A stretch of 64,000 bases of DNA from Emiliania huxleyi CCMP1516 (taxonomy: Eukaryota), in contig NW_005201113.1 of assembly GCF_000372725.1 (NCBI RefSeq), forward strand, positions 252,763 to 316,762, in the 5' to 3' direction. The translations under genes and the position numbers were made by a program. This document shows, one piece after another, positions 34,882 through 47,179 of this stretch (its first letter is position 1; the number at the start of each line of letters is the position of its first letter). The notes under the pieces were generated by a model. The model was not told where the DNA came from and ran no database searches. It saw only the letters and a program-made list of their open reading frames with translations.

Positions 34882-35334
34882 ACCACCGGATGTCAGTGTA
34901 CACCGCCAGCCGGGGTGGCTCTGCCTTGAGCCGGGGGTCGGGCATGCGCAGAGTGGCAGCGCAGGCACGCGCAAAGGCCGCGCGAGAGAGGTATGGGCGA
35001 AGTGCTTAGGCTCGAGGCGTGTGCTCTGGGCGGCTAAGGCTCAGAGGACGAACACGCCCGCCGGCTCCGAGACGCGAGCGGAGAGGTGCAACGGCAGGGC
35101 AGCTCAATGCACACCGAGTCGAGTCGCGGGGCGTCGTTACGCACGGGGTCTGTGTATCTTCGAAGCTGTGTCGTGTATCTTCGGTGTGTATCTTCGGTGT
35201 GTATCTTCGGTGTATCTTCGCGTGTATCTTCGTTTTTCGGCGTGGCCGGAATCTGGAGGCTTGGCGAGCCGTGCCCGGGGGGCCGTCGACACGACCGTGC
35301 TGGAGGTCGTGCTGGAGGTCGTGTCGGCAACTCC

Positions 35335-37082
35335 ATGACCCACCTCGTCGCGGACGGCGACCTCGCCGCCACCGCCGACGACGCCGACGCCGCAGCGGAC
35401 CTCTTCCTCGAGGCTGGCGTCTGCGTCTTTGAAGCAGCGCTGCCGCCGTCTCTCGTCGCCGCCTGCCGCTCGGTGCTCGAACGCAAGTCGCGGCTGCTGG
35501 ACGAGCGCCTCGCGGCTCGAGGCGTCGACCTGCAGGCACCGTGGCGCTTCAACGAGGTTTGCCGCCGCCGCTTCGCTCGCTACGACCTCCGCGGCTGGGC
35601 GCTCTCCGACGCCATCTTCACCGAGTCTCTGCTGCTGTGGTCAGCCGCGCCGTGGCTGCCGTTTGTGCGGAGCGTGCTCGGAGACGACGTCAAGGAGCTG
35701 TGGCGCGGCGTGGTCGACAATCGGCCAGGCAGCGAGACGCAGGGCTGGCACCGCGACGGAGGCTTCCTCTTCCCGAACGGTGCCGAGCACCGACGCCTCC
35801 TCCCTCTCTTGACACTCCAACACGCAGACCCTTCCATCACACGCCTGGCGCATTCCCCGAGAGGACTGGTGGTGGGCCGCCCGCAGCCGCGAACAGCGTC
35901 TCTTCACGCTTCGAGCTTTAGCAGGCGTCGACCTGCCTCCGCACTGCCTGACCATCTTTGTGCCTCTGGTCGACCTGCTCACCGATGAGCTCGGCCCGCC
36001 ACAGTTCTTCCCAGGTCAAGCCGAGACTTGGCCGAGACCTAGCCGAGATCTGGCCGAGGTCTGGCCGAGGTCTGGCCGAGGTCTGGCGGAGATTCGGCCA
36101 TGTGTCTATCTGAGGTCTAGCCGAGATCCAGCCGAGGCCTAGGCGAGGTCTGCGAGATCCCACCAAGCAAACCACCGTTCCCAGCCGAGCGGCGATGGAG
36201 GGCTGCAGTGCGGTGAAGCGTCTCTTCACACCTCCAAGCCGTGAACAGGCTCGCGGAGGTGTACGCGCGAGCACCTCTACACTGGCCTCGGCTCTTCACA
36301 CCTCCAAGCCGTGAACAGGCTCGCAGAGGTGTACGCGCGAGCACCTCTACACTGGCCTCGGCGACGGCAGCTGCCACCTGCCCCACTGCACGCCGCAGCT
36401 GTGCGCCGACGCTCTCGCCTTTGACTACCGCATCATCCACCGCGGCCAGGCGAGATCGCCCCGAGATTTCCCGAGATCACTCGAGACCGCCCGAGATCGT
36501 GATCACCGAGATCGCCCGAGATCGCCCACCCGGGATTGGCTGATAATGCCGGCGACGTTGCTGAGAACGAAGACTAGTCACGCAACCATACTAGTGATAG
36601 TCATGGGCTGCGCGTACCCCTCGAGCGCCATAATACGAGCTTTCTCTCGGAACACAGGCTAACCTTAGCAGGGGCGCGGCGCGCCGCTCCAGGCCGATGC
36701 TGTGCCTCGTCGCCAAGCCTCCGCTCGCCTCTTCACAGCCGCCCGGTGTGAACAGGCCGATGCTGTACCTCGTCTACGCCAAGCCGTGGTTCACCGACGT
36801 CCACAACTTCCCCTCCGACGCGCCCCTCTTTGCGGATCCAGACGCGGCGGTCGGCGGCCAACACGCCGCAGGCAACGAGGGCGGTGGTGGGGCGGGTGGC
36901 GGGGCGGGGCAGCAACACGGCGAGCCGCTGCAACCGTCGCCGCCGCCGTCGCCGCCGCCGTCGCCGCCGCCGTCGCCGCCGGCTCAGCCGCCGCCGCCGC
37001 CGCCATCGCGGCCGTTACCAGCGCAGCCGCCGCCGCCGCCGCCGCCGCCGCCACCGCAGCAGCAGCAGCAGCAGCAGCAGCC

Positions 37083-37126
<44 letters not shown>

Positions 37127-37181
37127 CGCAGCAGCAACCGCAGCAGCAGCAGCAGCAACCGCAGCAGCAGCAGCAGCAACC

Positions 37182-37251
<70 letters not shown>

Positions 37252-37509
37252 TCGCCGCCCCAGCAGGCTACCTTTGCGTGGGTGCACACTCTCGCTGACG
37301 TCTCGCCCCCGTGCGCTTGGGACGACTCCGGCGGTCGCGTCCGCTGCCCGAGCGCTTCGCCGCCGCCGCGCCCGCCGACGCATGTCCTGTACGGCGGGCC
37401 GCCTGGCGACCCGTCGCATCAGTTGCTTGCGATCAGTGAGCTGGAGACGCGACTGCGTTTCACCATGAGTGTGGTGCTGGTCGCTGAGACGCCCGAGGCG
37501 CCGACCTAG
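35335..37509 (+). CDS. Phytanoyl-CoA dioxygenase (PhyH)-like 2OG-Fe(II) oxygenase with poly-P/poly-Q tail
   Basis: RPGSETQGWHRDG (HxD), CLTIFVPLVDL..ELGP, AFDYRIIHRG (distal His), RPMLYLVYAKPWF. Multiple introns. Confidence 0.85.
37057..37248 (+). repeat. (CAG)n poly-glutamine tract
   Basis: Directly visible, in frame with the PhyH ORF. Confidence 0.97.
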
Positions 37510-37631
37510 AGACAGACCAGGCCGAGATCAGGCCGAGGCGCCCCAAGGCCGGGCTAGATCTAGGCCACATCTGAGTCGCTGTCTCGGGCGGGGTTCATCT
37601 GTGAGCCACTCCCCCCTTCCCCTTTTCACAG

Positions 37632-38395
37632 GTGCAGCGCAGTTTGCCGCTCGAGAGCTTGCCGCCAGAGGCGTTGGCCGACGAGCTAACGCCGCCGACG
37701 GAGCTGCTGAGGCGGCCTTGTGCCGCCGAGGCCCGCGGCGGCTGTGGCACGGCGTCTCTTCACGCCTCTTGCCATGAACAGACGGCGGTGCGTCGAGGAG
37801 GTCCGCTCTGGTGGCGTGTCGGCGACCGCCGGCGTGGACACCTCCACCTACGTCGCCCCAGATGCCCACGGCGGGCACGGACTGTTTGCGGCGACGGCGC
37901 TGCCGCGGCACCACATCATCGGCGAGTACACGGGCACGCTCGCGCGCGGCTTCCTCGCTTCCGACACCACGGCTTGTAGCGCGGCTTGCGGCACCGAGAG
38001 GCTTTCTGCAGCGCGAGCCCTCGAGGTTCTCGCCAACCTTCGGCGGGATTCGGCCGCATGGTAGGCGCCGACCGGTATTTGATGCGCTACCCGGACGCCG
38101 CGGGCAGCCTGCACCTGTCCGCTCGCTCCGCAGGCAGCCTCCTCAGCGTAGATGCGCGTCTCCCAGCAAGCTCTCGAGAGCTCCGCCTCCTCACCGTCGC
38201 GGGACTTGAGGCTCAGGCAGCCTGCTCCGCTTCGTCAATCACGCGCCGCGGGGCGCACCGGCGAACAACGCGACTTGCTGGGCGGTGCTCGTGGATGGGG
38301 CGTTCCACATACTCGTGGCGACGACGCGTGCGGTCGAGAAGGGGGAGGAGCTCGCGTACGACTACGGGTCTGCGTATTGGGCGAGGCACGGGTGA
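37632..38395 (+). CDS. SET-domain methyltransferase exons (probably same transcript as PhyH)
   Basis: GHGLFAATAL..IIGEYTG, RFVNHA, GEELAYDYGSAYW are hallmark SET motifs. No separate obvious ATG; begins after an acceptor AG at 37630-37631. Confidence 0.85.
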
Positions 38396-38691
38396 AGCAG
38401 AGCTCCCTTTCTACTTCACCATGAGCCAAGCGCTTTGGTGTGTTTGGGATTGGGTGTGGCTTTCTTATCGGAGTTCTCGCAGTCCTCGAGAGAGAGAGAG
38501 AGGAAGGTCCTGGTGCAGAGAAGAATGTACAGGCACAGAGAGAGAGAGACGTACAGATTCGTACAGCGGTCCAGGTGGATATGAAATGTGTTTTATCTCT
38601 GTACTACGAGTCACGGTACTGACTTCTGAGTACTGTACATGCCACCTAAAGGGTGCCGACGTAAACCACTCCCGACGCGCTAGAGCCGCCA

Positions 38692-41028
38692 TCACATCAT
38701 CGACGCTCCCGGCCCCGCCTGCAGCGAGCCCCCCGCCTTGCCATTCTCGACTGTGTGGTCCGCGATGCCGTTCAGCGAGTTGAAGAAGGAGATGGCGCCG
38801 AGGGCGGCGATGCCGATGATCGCGAGCACCGTTTGGAGCACCTCGGGGAGCGGCGCCTTCCCTTCCTCGCCCGAGGTCGTAAAGAGGCTCAGCTGCTCCG
38901 TGCTGAAGCCGGCCAGCACCCCGATGCCGAGGCAGAGGTCGAGGAAGGCGGACCCAGTGATGAGGCCAGACGCGGCGAGGATCGACTCGTGCGTGCGCAG
39001 GAACGCCTCGTTCGAGCTCTTGGTGCACATGCGGACCTGCTCGCCCGCGAATCGACACAAGGAGCCGACAAGGATGCCCATGCCGAGAGATGCAGGGAGG
39101 TAGAGCCCCACCGCCATGGCCATCGCAGGGATCTGTATGCTCTCGCGCGACACCAGGAAATCCGCAAGGACGCCGACGACGCCAATGCCAATGCCGACGG
39201 CTACCGGCTTGAACGGGACCTTCGCGGCGAGCAGCAGCCCGTCGACCAGCGTGGCGAACATCTGGCCCTGCGGCGCAATCAAGCGCTCGGTGCCGAGACC
39301 ATACGCGTCGTCGGCGACGTACAGCGCGCACGGCACCACGATTGAGCCGGCCAGGCCGCCGATGAGCTGCGCGACGAAACCAGAGCGCGGCGGGAAGCCG
39401 CACAGCTGCAGCGCCTTGCAGTCCTGGCTGAGGTCGTTGGCCGCACTTACGGCGACACACGTGCCCGTGAGGACGTTCTGCAGTAGCTCGACGTCGGAAA
39501 AGGCGTTGCGTCCCCACGCGAGCAATAGGAGGCAGAAGACGAGGGCGGTGATGAAGATGGTGCCCGAGACCGGCGACGCGGACGTTCCGATCTGGAGGGA
39601 GAGGACGGCGCCTAATCATGGACATGTGCTGTGAAGAGACGCTCCTTCCCCTCGAGCCCTGAACCGCCCTCGGCACCGAGCGCGGACATGAGAAGGGCCA
39701 TAAAGACAAAGGCGGCGAGCATGGTGATAGTGAAGCCGTCGAGGCCTGTTCACAGCCTGCGCATTAGTGCACACCTACCGTGTGGCCACCGTTGGCGAGG
39801 ATCCCTCTGGGGCCGTCTGTGAGGAGGATTTGCAGGCCCATCAAGCAGGACCCAGCGGCGATGGCGACCCATAAGAGCGACACCACTCGAGAGGGCAGGG
39901 AGAGCAGCTCCGCCTCGCTCTTGGATAGCTCGTCCACCATGGCGGCCCCCGTCGGGCTGAGAAAGCGCAGCATAGCGTATATCACCGCGGCCGTCATCGC
40001 GCCGCCTCCAATCCAACTGGTGGAGTCGGAGGGCCAGTCAACGGCCGCCTCTGGGTCGGAGAACTTCATCTCGGCGAGCATGTACTCGATGATCAGGCGG
40101 ATGGCCGCACCACCAAAGATGACGAGCGCGGTTGGAAGCGTGAGCAGGGAGCCTATGGAACGCATCGTGCATTCTTCGTGTCGTCGACGCCGACATCAAG
40201 AACCAGCGAGGGGCAGGCGGGAGCGGGCGCCGATCCCGATGTAAACAGGCGAGAAGGGGACCTGCACCTCGAAGGCCTTGCCGGCGGCCGTCTCCATCGC
40301 AAAGAGGGTCACGTTGGCCTTGGCGAGTGAGAAGTACACCAGCAGGGGCGAAAGGAGCGAGGTGAGGCAGGCAAGGAGGAGCGACACACACAATGCCGGC
40401 CTCCTCCCTTGCGGCTCCGTCGCTGTCTTAATCAGCGTGACACACGCCTGAGCCTCTGGCGCCGGCAACGACGGGTCGGACAGCAAGCTCTTTGTGAGGA
40501 GCCCGACGACGCCCTGGCCGAAAACGGAGCCGGCGAGGCACACGCAGATTGTCATGCCGATGTTGACTTTGGGCAGCTGCTTGTCAGGTGGCAGGTTGTC
40601 GTCGATGCAGCCCTGCGCCGCCTGCCATTCCATCGTCTGGAGGTCGCAGTCGATGCCCGCCTCGTCTAGAGCTGCCTGTGCCTTTTGAAGGTGAAGCACC
40701 TGCATCAGCGGCCCGGCAAAGACACAGCCAGTTACCACTGGCATCGCAGCCGAGCCAGTGACCTGCGCCAGCGCGAGGAATCGAGGGCCGTTCGCGCCCT
40801 GGGCAACCTTGCCAAGCACGCCCCAGCAAAAGAGCACAACCAGCGGACTCACCTGCATGAAAGCGGGGGTGACGGTGACCTGTGAGGCCTCTTGCAGGTG
40901 TGACAAATCGCAATGCTCACCCCGGGCGTGATTCCGGCCTTGAGCGACGCAACAACCATGGTCGTCGAGAGGAGCATCGTCGTCGCCGAGCCGACGATGA
41001 TTGCGAGCACGTCCGCGCCGAAGCCCAT
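38692..41028 (-). CDS. OPT/YSL-family oligopeptide or metal-chelate transporter (multi-exon)
   Basis: SLKAGITPGVS, TGCVFAGP, AANDLSQDCKA, LIAPQGQMFATLV, AMAMAVGLYLP, ASGLITGSA. Many hydrophobic helices. Confidence 0.88.
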
Positions 41029-41498
41029 TGCGCAGCCGCCGGCACGGAGATGCCACAAGAGGGCGGACGGGCGGAGAAGCTCTCCGTCTGCAAGAAAAGA
41101 ATTTTTTGTCCGAAGCCGGGGAAGAAGACTCCGAGGAAGACGAAACACCAGTGGTAATCCCGTCGTCAGCTGTAACGATGCACCCGAAGGGGACCCCAGC
41201 GCCAACATCATCGGTGGAGGTACAAGTGTTCGAAGAGAGAGTGGACCTGAGCAACGATATGACTTGGCGGCAAATGATCGCAGTGGGCGTCAGAAGAGTC
41301 GTCCTTGCGCGAGGAGAGCTGGATAAACTCGAGGGGCCGAAATATGCCGCGAGGAGGGCAGAGTTGCGCCGAAAGGCGGGAGAAGCCGCGAGAGCAAGGG
41401 ATCGGCAGGCGGCGGCGGCGTCGCAGGACGAGGCAGTGAGACGAGAGCGACGCGACAGAGGAGGAAGCGACAGGAGGGAGAACGACGAGAGTGGGACG

Positions 41499-41665
41499 AA
41501 CAAGGTGCAGCTCGACAAGGTGTGAACAGCGTCTCTTCACACCTCTGGCTGTGAACAGGCCCTCTCAACAACAAAATGCAGCTCGACAAGGTGAGCGCGC
41601 TGGTGGAGGACGCAAGGGCGCAGGGCTGCGAGGTCCTGTGCGGCGGAGGCAGGCGCGAGGGGTCC
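41499..41665 (+). pseudogene. Isolated aldehyde dehydrogenase exon fragment
   Basis: After the acceptor at 41558: GPLNNKMQLDKVSALVEDARAQGCEVLCGG, a typical ALDH segment. The rest of the gene is absent. Confidence 0.65.
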
Positions 41666-42501
41666 CAGCCGATGTAGAGAGTGTTCCCCGTTATCATTGA
41701 TCCAAAGCACTGCCAACGGGTCAGAGTTATGACGTCCGTGTATGAGTTTACGAGGGTGAGAAGGAAGAGCGTCGCCTGGCAGTAGAACGCATTTGCTTAT
41801 CGCCCCGCGTGCTGGGTGTCTGGGACGACGCTCCGCTCTGCGGCAACCGGCTCCTTGTCTTCGGAACTTCCACTATGCACGGTCTGCATGTGGTTGTCTG
41901 CACGCAACACAAAGATGTGTTGACGGGCGAACGAACGCGCGCGCTCAGAAAGAAGTACACGAGCCGACGCACGATAGAGCGGAATTGGAATTAATTTCCG
42001 TCACCAACGCCGGCGGGGGGCAGCGGGAGCGGAGGAGGTGGGAGTTGGATGATGGGGAGATGATGAAAAAAGACTTTATAACGAACTCCCTCGCACAGCA
42101 CTGGGCACGGGACTGGCGCGCACTGGCACTAACACAGGTACACCACGGGAGCCGCCTACGCGACTCCTGCGAGAACGGCGAGGTATTGTAGATTTACTGG
42201 GCCGTCCCAAGAACAATTTTAGAGAAAGAAAACATGCAGGGTCAATCGCGAGACGCTCTCTTAGTCCCGCCTCCCTTCCGCCATGCAGGCCGACGTGGGC
42301 AGCGATGCCGCGAGTTTGTTGTCGGTGCTCTCCGGAGTGCTGGGCTCGAGCCTCACCTTCGATGCAGCGCTACCATTCACCCCGCAGCCACTCGCCGTGA
42401 CCTCAACCGCGCTCGCACCTGCATCCCGCGTCAGTGCAAAGTACGCGTTCTACAGCGCAGGCTGCGCGGCGACGCGAGCTCAGCTTGCACGATTGCCCGC
42501 C

Positions 42502-43185
42502 ATGACGCTGGCAAGCTCAATCGCGCTTGCGCTGTTGGCGGCGGTTTGCTCTTCCTCGGCGCCGCGCCTCGTCCCGCTCGCGCTCCTCCTACTGGCGGAT
42601 CGCTGCGAAGCCGCGGGCACGATCTGCGACAACAGCGTGCCATGCATGGGCTGCCCCACCAGCGCTGTCGGCACGTCGCTGTGCGACGGCACCTACACGG
42701 GCACCCGGGTGGATCTGTCCAGCCGAGGGCTATCGGGGACGATCCCTCCGCAGCTGGGCGACATCTCGCAGCTGGAGTATCTTATCCTGATAGACAACTC
42801 CATTTCGGGCACCATCCCTCCGCAGACGAGCAAGCTCTCGCGGCTGGAGGCGCTTAGTCTGAACAGCAACTCCATCTCGGGCACCATCCCTTCGGATACG
42901 GGCAAGCTCTCGCTGCTGCAGTATCTTTACCTGAACAGCAACTCCATCTCGGGCACCATCCCTCCAGATACGGGCAAGCTCTCGCAGCTGGTGAGGCTTG
43001 ACCTGTACGACAATGACATCTCCGGAACCGTGCCGTCGCAGCTCAACAACCTGCCGCTAAACACCTGCTACCTGGGTGGTACAAACCACTTCGCCTGCCC
43101 CCTGCCCGCCCTTCCCGATGTCTGCTCGCTCTTTCCTACTGAGTGCAACTACCCGCCGCCCTCGCCGCCCTCGCCGCTCCCGCCG
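42502..43185 (+). CDS. Signal peptide plus plant-receptor-type LRR ectodomain (N-terminal part of candidate receptor)
   Basis: Hydrophobic leader; LxxNxISGTIPxxxGxLxxL repeats; Cys cap NHFACPLP; start of a PPPSPPSP stalk, then cut by an insertion. Confidence 0.85.
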
Positions 43186-43446
43186 AGCAGGAAGGCTGCT
43201 GGCTCCTGACTCATCCCCCAAATCCTCCACACCTTGGCGGCCTGAAACCTTACCATTCCGACACCTCACACACACCCCCTCCCCTAGGGCTAAGCAGTGC
43301 GCGAGCCCACCCGACTTCAGGCGAGACGTTGACCCCTCTTTTGGAACAGTCTGTCAGTGGCTGCACTAAACGCCCCCAGAAGCGCCCGGCGCGGGCAGAA
43401 GACTAGGGGAAAAAAAAGCGAAAACCTAGCTCCGCTGGGAGAATGG
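43186..43446 (+). mobile_element. ~260-bp repeat (transposon end) inserted in the Pro-rich stalk; inverted copy at 47753-48007
   Basis: AGCAGGAAGGCTGCTGGCTCCTGACTCATCCCCCAAATCC... is near-identical to the reverse complement of 47753-48007. Runs into the assembly gap. Confidence 0.8.
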
Positions 43447-43606
43447 NNNNNNNNNNNNNNNNNNNNNNNNNNNNNNNNNNNNNNNNNNNNNNNNNNNNNN
43501 NNNNNNNNNNNNNNNNNNNNNNNNNNNNNNNNNNNNNNNNNNNNNNNNNNNNNNNNNNNNNNNNNNNNNNNNNNNNNNNNNNNNNNNNNNNNNNNNNNNN
43601 NNNNNN

Positions 43607-45444
43607 CCCAACCACCGCCCTTGCCAACATGGCCCTAGCCGCCACCGCCCTCGCCACCACCGCCTTCGCCAACACCGCCCTTGCCGCCGTCGCCGCCGTC
43701 GGCGCCACCGCCCTCGGCGCCCTCGGCGCCACCGGCCGCGCCACCGGCCGCGCCACCGGCAATTCCTCCGTCGCAGCCGCCGCCGACGCCGCCGTCGCCA
43801 CCGCCGTCGCCGCCGTCGCCGCCGTCGCCGCCGTCGCCACCGCCGTCGCCGCCGTTGCCGCCGTCGCCGCCGTCGCCGCCGTCGCCACCGCCGTCGCCGC
43901 CGCCACCGCCACCGCCCTCGCCACCACCGCCCTCGCCACCACCGCCCTCGCCACCACCGCCCTCGCCACCACCGCCCTCGCCGCCGTCGCCGCCGTCGCC
44001 GCCACCGCAGCCTCCCTCGCCGCCGTCCCAACCGCCCCTGCCGCCCCCGTCGCCCCCGCGGCCCCCCGCAGCACCTGCGCCGCCGCTCCTTCCATCGCAA
44101 GGCCAGGAGGCGGAGATGATCCTTGCGATCGCGGTGGGGTCGGGTGTTGGGGCCATCGGCCTCGTCGCCGCGATCGTCTGCAGCTGCGCGCTCTTGGAGA
44201 CAAGGAGGCGGAGCAGGGCGCGCGAGGGGCGCGTCACGGTCCGAGTGGAGCCACGCCAGGAGGTGGAGCTCGCGCAGGTGGAAGAGCCACGCCAAGAGGC
44301 CGGTGGCGACAACGAGCAGAGCGCGCGCGACAGCACGCAGGACGACGCCCTGAATGCGGAGGAGGACTTGCAAGAGCCCAGCGTGGTCCACACCATGATG
44401 GTCAGCGCCGTCGCCTCGCTGGTCGGCGGCCTCGACGCCCTCCGCGTGCTCCACACCGCCACCGAGGCTCACGTCGAGGAGAACCGCTTCGCCAACCCTC
44501 CTTCAGAGCTCGTGTTTGGGCGCCCCGCCACAGCTGCCTTGGGCGTGGAGCACTACATGTGCGCTCCAAGAGAGGCTGTCCTTCAAGGACTGATCGACGG
44601 CACCGCCGCCGTCATCCGGGAGGTGAGTGCCGGCGGCACTGACGACGACCGCGAGTGCCTCGACTACATCCTGCACGCCGAGGCGGGCTCGAGCGAACAA
44701 ACCTATCAGGGCGGGCTCAAGCGCGACTGCGACGAACGAGGCAGGGTGCTTGCGTGCCGCACCGTGGCCGACAGCAGCGGCGTGATGCGCGGGATGCGGC
44801 TAGAGGACTTTGTCTCTCACCGGAGCGCGCGGCTGGCCAACCTGACTGAGGCGCACGTGGTCGCTCTTCGTCTCTATACTACGCAGGCAAGCTCCTCTGT
44901 CTCCAACCCTCCCGCTGCCCTCTGACTCGGCCCGTTTCTCACCTCGTCCTCTCTCGGATCCCAGGCCTACAAGAGCATAAACAACCCGCTGCGCGACAAG
45001 GACCGCTTCTTGCGCGGCGAGCCGCACATGCTGCCAGTGACGGTCGCACTAATCCGTGATGCGCTCGGCAAGCTGCGGGCGGTCGAGGCGGACCACTCGC
45101 GCGATTCCGCATTGCGTCGCGTCTACCTCTACCGTGGCATGAAGGACGTCACGGCGCCGGCCGACTTCATGGAGCAGGGCGGGACGGAGCTCGCGCCCAT
45201 GTCGACCACATCGGACCTCAGCGTCGCGATGAAGTACTCTGCGAGCGTCAAGGCGGTGCTGCTGCGGCTCATCACCGACTCCTTCTACGAGCGCGGCCCT
45301 AACATAAGCTTCCTCTCCGCCTTCCCCGGCGAGGCGGAGTTCCTCTTCCCACCGCTGACGTACCTGCAACCGACCGGCGACGTCGAGACGGTGGTGGTCG
45401 AGGGGCTTTCCTACGAGGTGGTGGACGTGCGGCCGCGGATCTGA
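43607..45444 (+). CDS. Extensin-like stalk, TM helix and cytoplasmic R-S-E mono-ADP-ribosyltransferase domain
   Basis: (SPPP)n; TM ILAIAVGSGVGAIGLVAAIVCSCALL followed by RRRSR; ALRLYTT/AYKSINNPLR; LYRGM (R), MSTTSD (STS), FPGEAEFLFPP (ExE). GC-AG intron 44887-44964. Confidence 0.85.
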
Positions 45445-46097
45445 TTGGTCTTTGAGACCCGACCGGCAGCGGCGCGGAGCCCGTCGACATGACCTGCATG
45501 TGTTGCACCGCCCGCGTCCCCGCGAGCACGCCGCTGCCAGGGTCCGACCGCTGCCAGGATGGTGGCGGATGCGGCCGTTGCTCATAGGGGGGGGGGGGGG
45601 GGTTGGGGGGAGGGGGGGTATTTGTCGAGGTTTGTGGGTGTGGGTGTATGGCCATGGGGTGCCGGCCTAGCTACGGGATCGTGTGATGTGCCAGCCTCGC
45701 ATGTCTTGTGTCTAGGAGAGAGGCTCCGTCGTCCGTGCCCCCCGTGGCGAGCAAGTGGATGGCGTGACAGGCAGGGGAGGCCTCTAGGGAAGCAGGGGGG
45801 CGGGGGGCTCTCGCCCGGGGGACGACCGCGAGGTGGCATGAAGGTTGCAGCGAGAATCGGCGAGGGCGCTGCGAAGGGAGATAGAAAGAGGCAGACGACC
45901 AAGGGTTTAGGGTGGGCGACGGCTAGCACCACCACTCCTCTCCTTAAAATCCCTGTGTGGTGGCGGCGTGCCGTCCTCCCATCCCTCCCTTGGGTTGTCT
46001 GTTTTCTTTCTTTCTTTAAGATATTTCTGGTGGCGGTCGCGCGCTGCCGACGGCTCGCCGGCGTGCGCTCGCGGCGCGCTCGTGGCGTTCAGGGCGG

Positions 46098-46135
<38 letters not shown>

Positions 46136-46687
46136 CATGCATGCATGCATGCATGCATGCACAGACACACAGCCCCTTCCCCTCCCCCCTCAAGACCTTC
46201 CCAAGGGCGAGGACACGCGCAGGCCGCACCTCTAGTGAGGCCCGCATAGTATGTGGGAGACTCATGCCGCCGCCCCTGCCACCCCTGTGTCAGTGTGCCC
46301 GTGGTAGTGAGAGACTGCCGGTGAGAAGCCGGAGGAAGGTCGCTAGACTGAGATGAGACCGCCAGTGGAGTTGGGATTCCACCATGCACCGCGCTGCGAG
46401 CCTGTCGTGTCCCTTGTCAGGAGCAGGAGCGGCCGCACACTGCTCGGTAGTCGGTACCCCCCCTGCACATCTAAAGCCATGGCCGACCCCCCCCCCCCCC
46501 AGCAGCAGCGCTCTGCTGCTGGGGTCATGACCCCCCCCCCCCTCTCAGCCGCTGCAGGCGCTTGGACGCTCATCGTTCTCGACTGGGTGCGCGACCTGGG
46601 CCCGCGCTCCCCCCGGCTATTGTCGCGATTCACATTCATATCTCCACCGACGGCCACGCGGCGGCGGCGGCCTCGCTCGCCGGCTCG

Positions 46688-47179
46688 ATGTTGAGGCCTG
46701 TCGAGGTGCTCCTCGATCTGACTGACGACTCGCTCCTCACACTCGCCTTTGTCATCGGCGAGAACCGGGTACCGAGCGTGCGGCGCCAGCGTGCGCTCAT
46801 GTGGGACTCGCCCATCACGAGTGCAGCAATCGAGCTGAAGGCACTGTCGTGCACATGCCACGCACTGCACACGCTTCTGGCGCCGCACTTGACGACGCTT
46901 CGCGAGCACCTCTTGGAGAAGCTGCGGTGCTCCCAGGGCAGCACCGACGTTACCCGCAGAAGGCTCGCCGACCAGACCCTGCTGCTCTGGCGCTCGGCGC
47001 TTCTGAAACCTCAGCACCGTTGCGCTGCCCTGGCTGAGGACAGGGTGGCTGTGAACCCTGCCCAGCTAGCGGCCACCGAGCGCGAGATCGCAGCCCTCAC
47101 GCTGCCTGCCGATGGCAGAGCACGCCCACGCTCGCGCACCACGCGAAGTCGCCTAAAGCTCGCACCGGCGCAATCTTAG
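46688..47179 (+). CDS. Small F-box-like ORF
   Basis: LLDLTDDSLLTLAF...LKALSCTCHALH is a split F-box-like pattern. Lies among repeats. Confidence 0.4.
   Translation: MLRPVEVLLDLTDDSLLTLAFVIGENRVPSVRRQRALMWDSPITSAAIELKALSCTCHALHTLLAPHLTTLREHLLEKLRCSQGSTDVTRRRLADQTLLLWRSALLKPQHRCAALAEDRVAVNPAQLAATEREIAALTLPADGRARPRSRTTRSRLKLAPAQS

Larger units (their letters stand above)
31571..42137. mobile_element. Candidate 10.6-kb TIR-bounded element
   Basis: Perfect 27-bp inverted repeat CTGTGTTAGTGCCAGTGCGCGCCAGTC (31571-31597; reverse complement 42111-42137). A transposase-like ORF lies just inside the left end. Only a 2-bp GT match on the flanks. Confidence 0.5.

Noticed and set aside
36984..37419. Poly-Cys and poly-Leu ORFs
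   Set aside because: Alternative frames of the CAG tract.
41001..41525. 174-aa ORF divergent from and overlapping the OPT start
   Set aside because: No recognisable family apart from the terminal ALDH-like duplication; probably a chimeric remnant.
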